From the NCBI GenBank assembly GCA_016700155.1, contig CP065001.1, positions 2,746,659 through 2,810,658 of the forward strand: DNA of 64,000 nt, written 5' to 3'. A program made the translations under genes and the position numbers. Every line of letters begins with the position of its first letter. The first letter of the stretch is position 1. The notes beneath the pieces are model-generated. The model saw only the letters and a program-made list of their open reading frames with translations. It searched no databases and was not told where the DNA came from. The stretch comes from Ignavibacteriales bacterium (GTDB lineage Bacteria > Bacteroidota > Ignavibacteria > Ignavibacteriales > Ignavibacteriaceae). Below are positions 30,993 to 39,222 of the stretch, piece by piece.

Positions 30993-32996
30993 ATGGGAGA
31001 AGTCATGGAAAATGAACCCGCCGTTGTACAAGTTTCATTTCTTATAGTCGCAATAATAATTGCGGCATTCACATTACTGCTGATAATATTTAAATCACTA
31101 AAGAGCATTGGTCCTACCGAAATCGGTTTGGTGAATAAGAGATTTTCATTTTCTAAACTTGGCGATGATAACCCGATAGCGTTTAATGGTGAAGCAGGAT
31201 ACCAGGAAGAGCTATTAATGCCGGGCTTACGTTTTAAATTCTGGCCGGTATTTTATATTGAAAAACATCCGTGGGTACAGGTGCCCGCAGGTGAAATAGG
31301 TGTTGTTATTGCTCAGGTTGGAAAGCCTCTTCCAATGGGTGCCAAATCCGCGGTGTATAAAAAAGAGTTCGGGAATTTTTTGAATATAAAAGAATTTATT
31401 TCACTCGGCGGACAGAAAGGTGTTCAGCGTCCCGTATTGCCTCCCGGTTCACTTGTACCGATTCACCCGGTTGGATTTTTGGTGATAACCAAAAAACAAG
31501 TTTACGGATTACCCGTTGCACCGGAGATACGTGACCTTGCAATAAAGCGGAACGGAGTTCTTACACCTGAAGCATTTGGTTTAAAACCAAACCAGCTTGA
31601 TGTTGTTTATATCGAACCGCAGAATGATTCAGACGGAAGAGTACAGGATGTTGTTGGAATTGTTACGGTGAACGACGGCGATCCGTTATCATCCGGAGAT
31701 ATTGCAAGCAGGCTTGGCGGGTTTGAGGATATTTCGCAGCTTGAAAACACAGCCAACACATCAGACATGCACCTGATGGAAACGATACTCGGAAATAAAA
31801 ATACAGTTCATAACAACTACCAGGACTTCCAGTCATTCATTGATAACGGCGGAAGAATCGGTCTGCAGCATGATCCATTGCTTTATGGTATGTACAACCT
31901 GAATCCATTCCTTGTTAATGTTGAAATAGCACCGATGCTGGTTATTGAACAAGGTGAAGTAGCAGTAATAAAATCTTATGTCGGTCTGCCTTCACAGGAT
32001 ACTTCCGGAACAGAATTTAAGTTTGGTTCCATTGTAAGACCGGGACACAGAGGTATATGGAGAGAAGCTTTACGCACGGGCAAGTATCCTTTAAACCCTC
32101 ATTGCTACAAAGCTGAAATTGTTCCGACTGCAATATTAAATCTTAACTGGGCAGAAGCTTCGTCACAGGCGCACAATCTTGACCAGAGTCTTAAGCAGAT
32201 TGTCGCAAAGTCGCGTGAAGGATTTGTGTTCAGGATTGATCTGCAGGTGCAGATACATATTCCGGATACACAGGCATCAAAAGTTATTTCGATGGTCGGT
32301 TCGGTGAGAAATCTTGTTAATGAAGTTTTACAGGCGGCAGTGGGAAATCACTTCCGTGATAAACTTCAGTCAATGCCGGCTATTTCGTTTATCGAAAGAA
32401 GAAATGAAATACAAACCGCGGCAACAGAATATATTGAAGCAAAGCTAAGAGATTATGTTGTTGAAACACGCGGCGTGTATATACAGGATGTTATTCTTCC
32501 TGAAGAGTTAGTGATGGTCCTTACACAAAGGGAAATTGCCAACCAGGAAATACAAACGTATAAGAAAAAAGAAGAAGCACAGCAGCAGAGGATATCAACT
32601 GAAAAAGCAAAAGGTACGGCAGATATGCAGGCGGAACTTGCAAAGTCCGCTGTTAATGTTGATATAAAAAAGAATGAAGCGGCGCAGGTAAAGATCCAGG
32701 CTGAAGCTTATCAATATAAAAAAGAAGCTGAGGGTCGCGGTGATTCCTTCTATGTAAATGAAACCGGTAGAGCAAAAGGCGCGGAGATTGAAGCTGTGGG
32801 ACTTGCAAGAGCAAAAGCCGCAGAGGAATTGCGCAAAGCTGTCGGTGAGCAAGGAACGACTCTCGTTAACGTAATTGACGCTGTAATGAAAGGTGATAAA
32901 AAGATAATGCCCGATATACTTGTTGCAGGCGGCGGCACCGGCGGCTCACTCGACGGACTTGCAGCAACGTTAATGAAATTTTTACAGACGAAGTAA
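30993..32996 (+). CDS. Flotillin-like SPFH/Band-7 domain membrane protein
   Basis: N-terminal TM helix and an SPFH domain, followed by a long Ala/Glu/Lys/Gln-rich coiled-coil 'flotillin' tail. Confidence 0.7.
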   Translation: MGEVMENEPAVVQVSFLIVAIIIAAFTLLLIIFKSLKSIGPTEIGLVNKRFSFSKLGDDNPIAFNGEAGYQEELLMPGLRFKFWPVFYIEKHPWVQVPAGEIGVVIAQVGKPLPMGAKSAVYKKEFGNFLNIKEFISLGGQKGVQRPVLPPGSLVPIHPVGFLVITKKQVYGLPVAPEIRDLAIKRNGVLTPEAFGLKPNQLDVVYIEPQNDSDGRVQDVVGIVTVNDGDPLSSGDIASRLGGFEDISQLENTANTSDMHLMETILGNKNTVHNNYQDFQSFIDNGGRIGLQHDPLLYGMYNLNPFLVNVEIAPMLVIEQGEVAVIKSYVGLPSQDTSGTEFKFGSIVRPGHRGIWREALRTGKYPLNPHCYKAEIVPTAILNLNWAEASSQAHNLDQSLKQIVAKSREGFVFRIDLQVQIHIPDTQASKVISMVGSVRNLVNEVLQAAVGNHFRDKLQSMPAISFIERRNEIQTAATEYIEAKLRDYVVETRGVYIQDVILPEELVMVLTQREIANQEIQTYKKKEEAQQQRISTEKAKGTADMQAELAKSAVNVDIKKNEAAQVKIQAEAYQYKKEAEGRGDSFYVNETGRAKGAEIEAVGLARAKAAEELRKAVGEQGTTLVNVIDAVMKGDKKIMPDILVAGGGTGGSLDGLAATLMKFLQTK

Positions 32997-33368
32997 GAAC
33001 ACTTAACATATCGATTCCCTCAGAGCAATTCCGTTTTGAGGGAATAGATTTTACTGATGATGGATATTGATGCTGGATACTGGATACTGGATGCTTGCTC
33101 TCTGATGCCGGATAATTCCTAAATCACAAATCGTTGATCTTCATTCGTTAATCATTCCTAAGTAATCCTATTCGTCTTTACCTCTGTATTCTGCTGCGTA
33201 ATAGTACACTGAACCGCATTCAATCAACAATTCTTTATGATGATTATGATTTTGACAGATAAACCCACAAAAAAACTACTGACTATTGTTTGAGTTCTTC
33301 TGTTTGAACTATTTGTCTATTTATCAGCTACAGGTGGAATCGTTAATCATATATGATAATGGTTCAGT

Positions 33369-33655
33369 TTGAGTGCATTTCTCATCACGTTTAGCATATT
33401 CCCGTTCACATTGAGTACATTCCCGTTCTCGTTTAGTACATTTCTGTTCACGTTAAGTACATTTCTGTTCACGTTGAGTACATTTCTGTTCACGTTTAAT
33501 ACATCCCGATTCACATTAAGTACATTTCAGTTCACATTAAGTACATTTCAGTTCACATTAAGTACACTTCCGTTCAAGTTAAGTACATTTCTATTCACGT
33601 TAAGTACATTTCCGTTCACATTAAGTACATTCCTGTTCACGTTTAGTACATTCCT
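33369..33655. repeat. Tandem array of about 13.7 copies of a 21-bp unit (consensus ttaagtacatttctgttcacg)
   Basis: Copies were read directly from the sequence. Because the 21-nt period is a multiple of three, an artefactual 106-aa ORF (FTLSTFL heptads, TTG start) runs through the array. Confidence 0.9.
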
Positions 33656-33705
33656 AAGAGAATTTTATTTGTTTTTGTTAAATAAATGAGGAAAAAGGTT
33701 GAGTT

Positions 33706-34101
33706 ATGTTAAAGTTTAATTTCAAGTCTGTGTTCGCTGCACGCGGGATTCAGAGTCCAACAGGGTTTTTAAGAAGGGCTGGGTTTTCTCCGCATACTGC
33801 TTCTTATATAGCAACGGGTAAGGTTGAGAAGTTGAATTTAAAGTTGTTAGAGAGGTTGTGCATTTTACTTAATTGCACTCCGCACGATTTGCTTGAGTGG
33901 GTTCCGGACACTAAGCTGGCTGACCCAGGCAGGTTTGAGTTGAGCAAGTTGGCTGGTGAGAGGAAAGTACATTCGCTGCAGGATGATTTGAGCGAACTGA
34001 CGCTGGGGAAGGTGGAGGAGGTGAAGAGGTTTATTGAGGAGAAGAGGAAAGAAACAACCTCACCCCCGCCCCCTCTCCTTGGTAAGGAGAGGGGTGAGTG
34101 A
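33706..34101 (+). CDS. XRE/Cro-C1-type helix-turn-helix DNA-binding protein
   Basis: '…ATGKVEKLNLKLLERLCILLNCTPHDLLEW' is an HTH_26-like motif. The last ~15 codons ('TTSPPPPLLGKERGE') are encoded by a GC-rich hairpin, so the true C-terminus may be altered. Confidence 0.65.
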   Translation: MLKFNFKSVFAARGIQSPTGFLRRAGFSPHTASYIATGKVEKLNLKLLERLCILLNCTPHDLLEWVPDTKLADPGRFELSKLAGERKVHSLQDDLSELTLGKVEEVKRFIEEKRKETTSPPPPLLGKERGE

Positions 34102-34204
34102 TGAGAAGATTTTTTTATTTAAATTTACGGCGGTAATTGTTGTTCACCGGGACGCCTTGAACAACATCTGCAGAATTACCGACCCCCAGCCCGGTGACGT
34201 TCCT

Positions 34205-34231
34205 GCCCGGCGTCCCGGGCGTTTTTATTTT
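34205..34231 (+). terminator. Rho-independent terminator (GCCCGG-cgtc-CCGGGC plus TTTTTATTTT)
   Basis: A 6-bp GC stem with a T-tract closes a roughly 130-nt GC-rich, hairpin-dense segment (34060-34235) downstream of the HTH gene. Confidence 0.65.
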
Positions 34232-34451
34232 AAATATTGAAAGTACTTATGAATTAATATAAGTTGGAATTGATTTTATACGCCCCTTTAGAATCCTTTA
34301 AATCCCGGGGCAGTGCTTTGAGGCAGTTGTACAGGTTTGGCTTGTATGTGGAAAGCGGATCGGGAGAAAAAATAGTTAAGAGTTTAAAATTATGAGTTAT
34401 GAATTGAAGGACAATTGGAACATATATCCACCTAAGGCGGACAAGTATGCA

Positions 34452-34487
34452 GCCGCGTGCGGGTCTATGTTCTTTATTTAACTAATT
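34452..34487 (+). promoter_or_regulatory. Copy 1 of the conserved island intergenic motif (CCGCgtGCGG palindrome, then GTTCTTTAtTTAAcTAAtt)
   Basis: The sequence is shared with copies at 35461..35504 and 36390..36447. It lies 40 nt upstream of the 34528 CDS. Confidence 0.5.
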
Positions 34488-34527
34488 CACGCAGGTTAAT
34501 TATAAGTTATATTACTAAGAGGAATCA

Positions 34528-35397
34528 ATGCAAGAAGAAAAAATTAAAAAAGGTTTTACGATAAACCAAAAATGGATATTCGCAATCGTATTCAATATCC
34601 TTTTATTGTTGATTGGATACAAAATAGTATTTGCAGATTATCTTATTGATTTAACAAAATTTACATTTTCAGATTTTCTTGCACTATTTCTAGCGCTTTT
34701 CTCAATTGCTATTTCAGTAGCCTTCTATTTTAAAGCAACAGATTCTAGCAGTCGCTTTTATGATAATACATATAAATTCACAAAAGACATTGCAGAATTA
34801 CTGGTTAAAATCGAAAGTAGTTTTGGGGAAAGATTAAAACATCTTGATGAGGGATATACAAGTATTAGGGATAAGTTTGATAAAATACCAAGTTCGACTA
34901 TTACTAAAGAAAAGGTTCAAACTCAAGAAGAGTTAGATGAGGTAAAAAAAGAATTTGAAAAGAAATTGAAAGAGAAAGAGACATTATTAAATGATACTCT
35001 ACAAAAAGCACATTCAAATGAAAAGGATAGAAAGTTTATAATAAATCAACTTAACAAAAAAGAAGTTGAGCTACAGCTTGAGAAAGAGAAAGTTGAATTA
35101 TTAGAAGAAAAATTGATGAGTTATAATAATTTGGAAAGAGAAAGAAGCAGAAAGTTTATTCCACCATCAACGAAAATGTTATGGATGCACTCGATTTTAA
35201 TCCCCTTAGGAGAAAAATTTATTAAAAATGCTTCTTATACTGAATTAAATAAAAAATTTCAAGAAAATTTAAAAAACTTTTCAGAGAAAGCACTTCTAGA
35301 TGTATACAGATATGGAATGATGGATAAAGATAAAAATTTAACCGAAGAAGGTTTTCATTATTTAAAAGAACTAGCAAATAATACTGGCGTAATATAA
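34528..35397 (+). CDS. Hypothetical membrane protein: two N-terminal TM helices and a long cytoplasmic coiled coil
   Basis: Hydrophobic segments at about aa 15-35 and 48-68, then a K/E-rich heptad region ('LEKEKVELLEEKL'). No catalytic motif was recognised. Confidence 0.5.
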   Translation: MQEEKIKKGFTINQKWIFAIVFNILLLLIGYKIVFADYLIDLTKFTFSDFLALFLALFSIAISVAFYFKATDSSSRFYDNTYKFTKDIAELLVKIESSFGERLKHLDEGYTSIRDKFDKIPSSTITKEKVQTQEELDEVKKEFEKKLKEKETLLNDTLQKAHSNEKDRKFIINQLNKKEVELQLEKEKVELLEEKLMSYNNLERERSRKFIPPSTKMLWMHSILIPLGEKFIKNASYTELNKKFQENLKNFSEKALLDVYRYGMMDKDKNLTEEGFHYLKELANNTGVI

Positions 35398-35460
35398 CAA
35401 GTGCTTCAACCCGACAGCGTTTTCGCATTTGGTTTTTTTATAATTTTAGCGTTTAGTGCT

Positions 35461-35504
35461 CCGTTTCGGGTAACTTGTTCAAAGTGTTCTTACTAAATTA
35501 ATTT
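35461..35504 (+). promoter_or_regulatory. Copy 2 of the conserved island intergenic motif (…gtttcgggtaACTTGTTCAAAGTgTTCTTactAAATTAAttt)
   Basis: Shares the 'ttcgggt…acttgttcaaagt…tcttta.t.aattaa' core with copy 3. A perfect 13-bp palindrome follows at 35509..35546. Confidence 0.5.
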
Positions 35505-35508
35505 ACTT

Positions 35509-35546
35509 GCAAACCGTGCTTGCAAAGAAAGATAAGCACGGTTTGC
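35509..35546. repeat. Perfect 13-bp inverted repeat (GCAAACCGTGCTT … AAGCACGGTTTGC) with a 12-nt loop
   Basis: Read directly. It lies in the intergenic region between island genes 34528 and 35640. Confidence 0.85.
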
Positions 35547-35639
35547 TAAATCATCGGCAGTTGTAGTTTTATTTGGCAGTCTTGTTCTGGGCTGCGGGTT
35601 AAGCACAAAGCCGTTAGCAAGCTTAAAGAGCATATATAA

Positions 35640-36335
35640 ATGGAAACTATAATTGCAGTTACAATAGCAGTATTTGGTTGGTTGACAAATCATTTCCTTA
35701 CTTTGAGAGCCCAAAGGAAATCCTTTATGGATCATTTGATCAATAATGCAAGAATAGAAATATGTAATGGAATCCGTGACTATATAGATTGGTTGAATAA
35801 ACTTGTTCAACATAATGCTACAATAAGCTTAATTATTGATTTCCCCGGTCAAATTGATAAACTTGAAAAGCCCTATAAATTTTATATTATCGAAATTAGA
35901 AAAACACTTAAAGAAGTATTTCTTGATCCAAGATTTATAACATTACTAAGTGAATATGAAACACTATTTCCTGAAACAAAACAAATAAACTCATATATAC
36001 ATAGAAAGCATATTGCATTATACATAAATATTGAAAGTGCAATTATGTTTGAAAACGAAAATGAGATTGACAAAAATAATTTTTTAAAGGCCATAAAAAA
36101 ATTAGATTTTAATCTTGTTGGAGCTCAACAAGCAGCAGTTAGAGATTTATTAATTGTTTTACAAAACTTAACCTTAGGAAAAATTAAAAAGTATAAAAAA
36201 GAATTTTCTGCATATCCAATGACAAAGCATCCAAGAATATTGTTGGATAAAAATCGGAATATCAAAATAGTTCAATATGGCGAAAAAGATTATCCAATTA
36301 ATGCTGAATTAGATAAATTATTAGAAAATAAATAG
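35640..36335 (+). CDS. Hypothetical protein with an N-terminal TM anchor
   Basis: 'ETIIAVTIAVFGWLTNHFL' hydrophobic helix followed by a roughly 200-aa soluble domain with no known motif. Confidence 0.45.
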   Translation: METIIAVTIAVFGWLTNHFLTLRAQRKSFMDHLINNARIEICNGIRDYIDWLNKLVQHNATISLIIDFPGQIDKLEKPYKFYIIEIRKTLKEVFLDPRFITLLSEYETLFPETKQINSYIHRKHIALYINIESAIMFENENEIDKNNFLKAIKKLDFNLVGAQQAAVRDLLIVLQNLTLGKIKKYKKEFSAYPMTKHPRILLDKNRNIKIVQYGEKDYPINAELDKLLENK

Positions 36336-36389
36336 CTTGCTAACCTGTTGCTCAACGCCGACCGCTTCGCTTTAGCGGTGGTTTTCAAG

Positions 36390-36447
36390 TTTTCGGGTTG
36401 GTTCTTTTTAGCTGGTTACTTGTTCAAAGTTCTTTAGTTAATTAACC
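36390..36447 (+). promoter_or_regulatory. Copy 3 of the conserved island intergenic motif (ttttcgggt…ttACTTGTTCAAAGTTCTTTAgtTAATTAAcc), preceded by the ACCGC…GCGGT palindrome at 36361-36379
   Basis: Aligned by eye to copies 1 and 2. It lies 95 nt upstream of the 36542 CDS. Confidence 0.5.
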
Positions 36448-36541
36448 GTTTTTTTAATTTTAATTGTGGTGCTTTTCGGCTGCTTTCAAGTTATGGGCGG
36501 CGCGTTAGCAGCCACGCCGTTATAAATAAAAGGATTTGTAA

Positions 36542-37918
36542 ATGGAGTTTAAATATCCTAAGGACTTAATAAAAATTTTAAAAGAAAGATGGTTTAATTT
36601 TCAAAAAACGTTAGATACACCTTCGAAGAAGTTTAAAAAACAAAAGGATAAAGATTTTCCTAATGATAGAAATTTAAAAACGATATTGAATGTCATTTAC
36701 CATGCGTCATTTTTAACCGAGGAAAGTCGAAGGATTGCTTATAGAATAGGTTATGTGTCACCAGAAAAATGTGAACAAAAAATATCTGATATTAATATGA
36801 TTAGTGAGCCAATAAAATTATTAATTCCAGTTCCATTCACAGTTCAAGAGATATTAAAAATAGCACCTTCTGTTAATCCAAATCAGTCTCTAGTATTAAT
36901 TTCTGAAGGGGATAAAATTCAAACTAACTTAGAAAATAGTGAATTGTATATATGGGGAATACTTGATTTAGGTTCTGAATGGTGGGAAGTTGTCTCTGGT
37001 TTATCATCTGCTGCGATGTGTCCGCCAAATATTTTGACTGTAAGTTCCACTTCACCTGGAAATATTACGGTCACTACAATTGGTTCTGTATTGTTTCGGC
37101 TTTCAGCTGGTAAAATCTTGGGAACACCTTTAGAAGATTTAAGTTTGGGCTTAATTGGTGGATTTTTAGATAATAGCGCGAAGGCATTATATAGTGATTC
37201 GGTAAAAAGAATTAAAGTGGAAAAATATGATGAAAGAGAGGATTCAGATAAATACCCATACCAGACTTATTATCAAACATTCAACAGTATTCTGAATTTT
37301 GCAAAAGATAAATTACATGGAGCCACATTTATCGTAATTCCAGACGAAATAAATTACAATGATACTCGTTTAACAGATCGAATTAATATAAAATATATTT
37401 TCGATAAAGATATCATATGGGATAAGTTAATAGACTTATGTGAAGCCAATTATTTTTATTACAAGACATTATTTTATGATAAATTCAAAATGATTCTTGA
37501 TAAAAGGAAAGCATCACCGAAAGAATTAAAGGATCTAATTAAATGGGAAAATTCCAAACAGCAGCTTGAAAAAAAAATAATTGATATTGAAAAATTTATT
37601 GCTCAGTTATCTTGTGTTGATGGCGCTGTTGTTCTTACATCTAAATTAAGAATAATTGGTTATGGAGGTGAAATACTAGCTCAATCTTCTAGTTTGACCT
37701 CAATAAAATCTGCAAATGATCCGGATGCCAAATCTTATATAGAAGTAGATATAAATAATTTTGGAACTCGACATCGTTCAGCATTCAGAATGTGTTCAAG
37801 TTTTGATAATTGTGTCGCTTTTGTAATTTCCCAAGATGGAGGTATCAAGGCAGTTAAACGAAATGGACCCAATTTAATTTTGTGGAATAATGTTAATCTT
37901 GGAGAGACTAGTATTTAG
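36542..37918 (+). CDS. Diadenylate-cyclase (DAC/DisA_N)-like domain protein with an uncharacterised ~250-aa N-terminal domain
   Basis: The C-terminal half carries the three DAC hallmark motifs. They read 'HGATFIVIPDE' (cf. RHGALIVIE), 'DGAVVLTSKLRIIGYGG' (cf. HDGAVIxxxxRIxAAGC) and 'GTRHRSAF…VAFVISQDGG' (cf. GTRHRAA…VSEETG). An insertion of about 80 aa separates the first two motifs. The N-terminal region has no recognisable motif. Confidence 0.6.
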   Translation: MEFKYPKDLIKILKERWFNFQKTLDTPSKKFKKQKDKDFPNDRNLKTILNVIYHASFLTEESRRIAYRIGYVSPEKCEQKISDINMISEPIKLLIPVPFTVQEILKIAPSVNPNQSLVLISEGDKIQTNLENSELYIWGILDLGSEWWEVVSGLSSAAMCPPNILTVSSTSPGNITVTTIGSVLFRLSAGKILGTPLEDLSLGLIGGFLDNSAKALYSDSVKRIKVEKYDEREDSDKYPYQTYYQTFNSILNFAKDKLHGATFIVIPDEINYNDTRLTDRINIKYIFDKDIIWDKLIDLCEANYFYYKTLFYDKFKMILDKRKASPKELKDLIKWENSKQQLEKKIIDIEKFIAQLSCVDGAVVLTSKLRIIGYGGEILAQSSSLTSIKSANDPDAKSYIEVDINNFGTRHRSAFRMCSSFDNCVAFVISQDGGIKAVKRNGPNLILWNNVNLGETSI

Positions 37919-38026
37919 GTATCACCTCTTTAATCCGTCAAGACCGGACAAGTAAGTAAAGAGTCCATAAAGTGGCAAGCAATGGTACAAACAGTAAAAG
38001 TATATCAGTCCGAATAATTTAATTTT

Positions 38027-39148
38027 ATGAGCAAATTATTTTTAACTCTTGTTGTATTAGTGATTGTTACATCGCTCTCAGTTCCTTCATGCACATTTTC
38101 AAAGATAATATGGCATAACTTTTCTTCTATTGACGATTATAAAATTTTTGATAATGCTGAGCTAAGTCCTTCCAGCAAACCTTTTCATTTTTATGAATCT
38201 GATAAAAGTGAATTGATAACTGAATTAATTAAAAACGAAATATTAAAAACTGATATCGACAGCCTGCTGAGTTCAAACTCAACCACGGCTTTTTTAGTGA
38301 TAAAGAACGACACTATTATTTTTGAAAAATATTATAATGAATACAATGACAGTTCTCTTTCTTTATCTTTTTCAATGGCAAAGTCTTTTTTGTCAATGTT
38401 AACCGGCTGTGCAATTGACGACGGTTATATTAAATCAGTTGAACAGCCTGTTACAGATTTTGTCCCTGAACTTACTTCAAAGGGATTTGACAAAGTAAAG
38501 ATCAAACACCTGTTACAAATGACATCAGGAATGGACTATAGTGAGTCGGATAATCCTTTCGGGATTCATCCTCACTTTTACTATGGTTCTGATCTTGAGA
38601 AAAAACTACTCTCGCTTGAACTGGCAACAGAACCGGGAAAGGAGTTCCGTTATAAAAGCGGAGAAGCGCAGTTACTGGGGCTGGTACTAAGCAGAGCACT
38701 GAAATCAAAATCCATTACCGAATACACACAACAAAGGATATGGAACCCTCTTGGAATGGAGTACGGCGGGTTGTGGAGTGTTGATGATGAAGAGAATAAA
38801 CTGGAAAAAGTTTTCTGCTGCCTGAGTGCAAGAGCTAAGGACTTCGCTAAAATCGGCAGGCTTTATTTATTTAATGGCAACTGGAATGGAACCCAGATAG
38901 TATCACAAAGCTGGGTTGAGCAATCAACCAAGATAGATACCAGTGAAGGCAGTGCCTGGTTCTACCAGTATATGTGGTGGTTAGTATCAGCGGATGAAAA
39001 AGATTTTATGGCAGTGGGTCATCTTGGACAGTATATATTTGTTTCACCTGAAAAGAATTTGGTGATTGTGAGACTCGGTGAGAGTGAAGGAAGTTTGACA
39101 CGGAAAGATTGGACCAGGATTTTTAATGCGTTAAAAAAAGTCATCTGA
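38027..39148 (+). CDS. Serine hydrolase of the beta-lactamase / PBP4-like esterase family, secreted or lipoprotein
   Basis: Signal peptide ('…SLSVPSC') and the S-x-x-K motif 'SMAKSF', in a protein of about 370 aa. Confidence 0.65.
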   Translation: MSKLFLTLVVLVIVTSLSVPSCTFSKIIWHNFSSIDDYKIFDNAELSPSSKPFHFYESDKSELITELIKNEILKTDIDSLLSSNSTTAFLVIKNDTIIFEKYYNEYNDSSLSLSFSMAKSFLSMLTGCAIDDGYIKSVEQPVTDFVPELTSKGFDKVKIKHLLQMTSGMDYSESDNPFGIHPHFYYGSDLEKKLLSLELATEPGKEFRYKSGEAQLLGLVLSRALKSKSITEYTQQRIWNPLGMEYGGLWSVDDEENKLEKVFCCLSARAKDFAKIGRLYLFNGNWNGTQIVSQSWVEQSTKIDTSEGSAWFYQYMWWLVSADEKDFMAVGHLGQYIFVSPEKNLVIVRLGESEGSLTRKDWTRIFNALKKVI

Positions 39149-39222
39149 CAAAACGGAAACATCAGAAAATAAATTTTATTATGGATTGATCTATTCGATG
39201 ACGGATGAGTGTTGATTTACTA

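Noticed and set aside
33369-33689. 106-aa ORF ('MSAFLITFSIFPFTLSTF…') and a possible CRISPR array in the repetitive stretch
   Set aside because: The ORF exists only because a 21-bp unit repeated in phase contains no stop codon. It starts with TTG and has no Shine-Dalgarno. The repeats are head-to-tail with no unique spacers, so this is a tandem repeat and not a CRISPR array.
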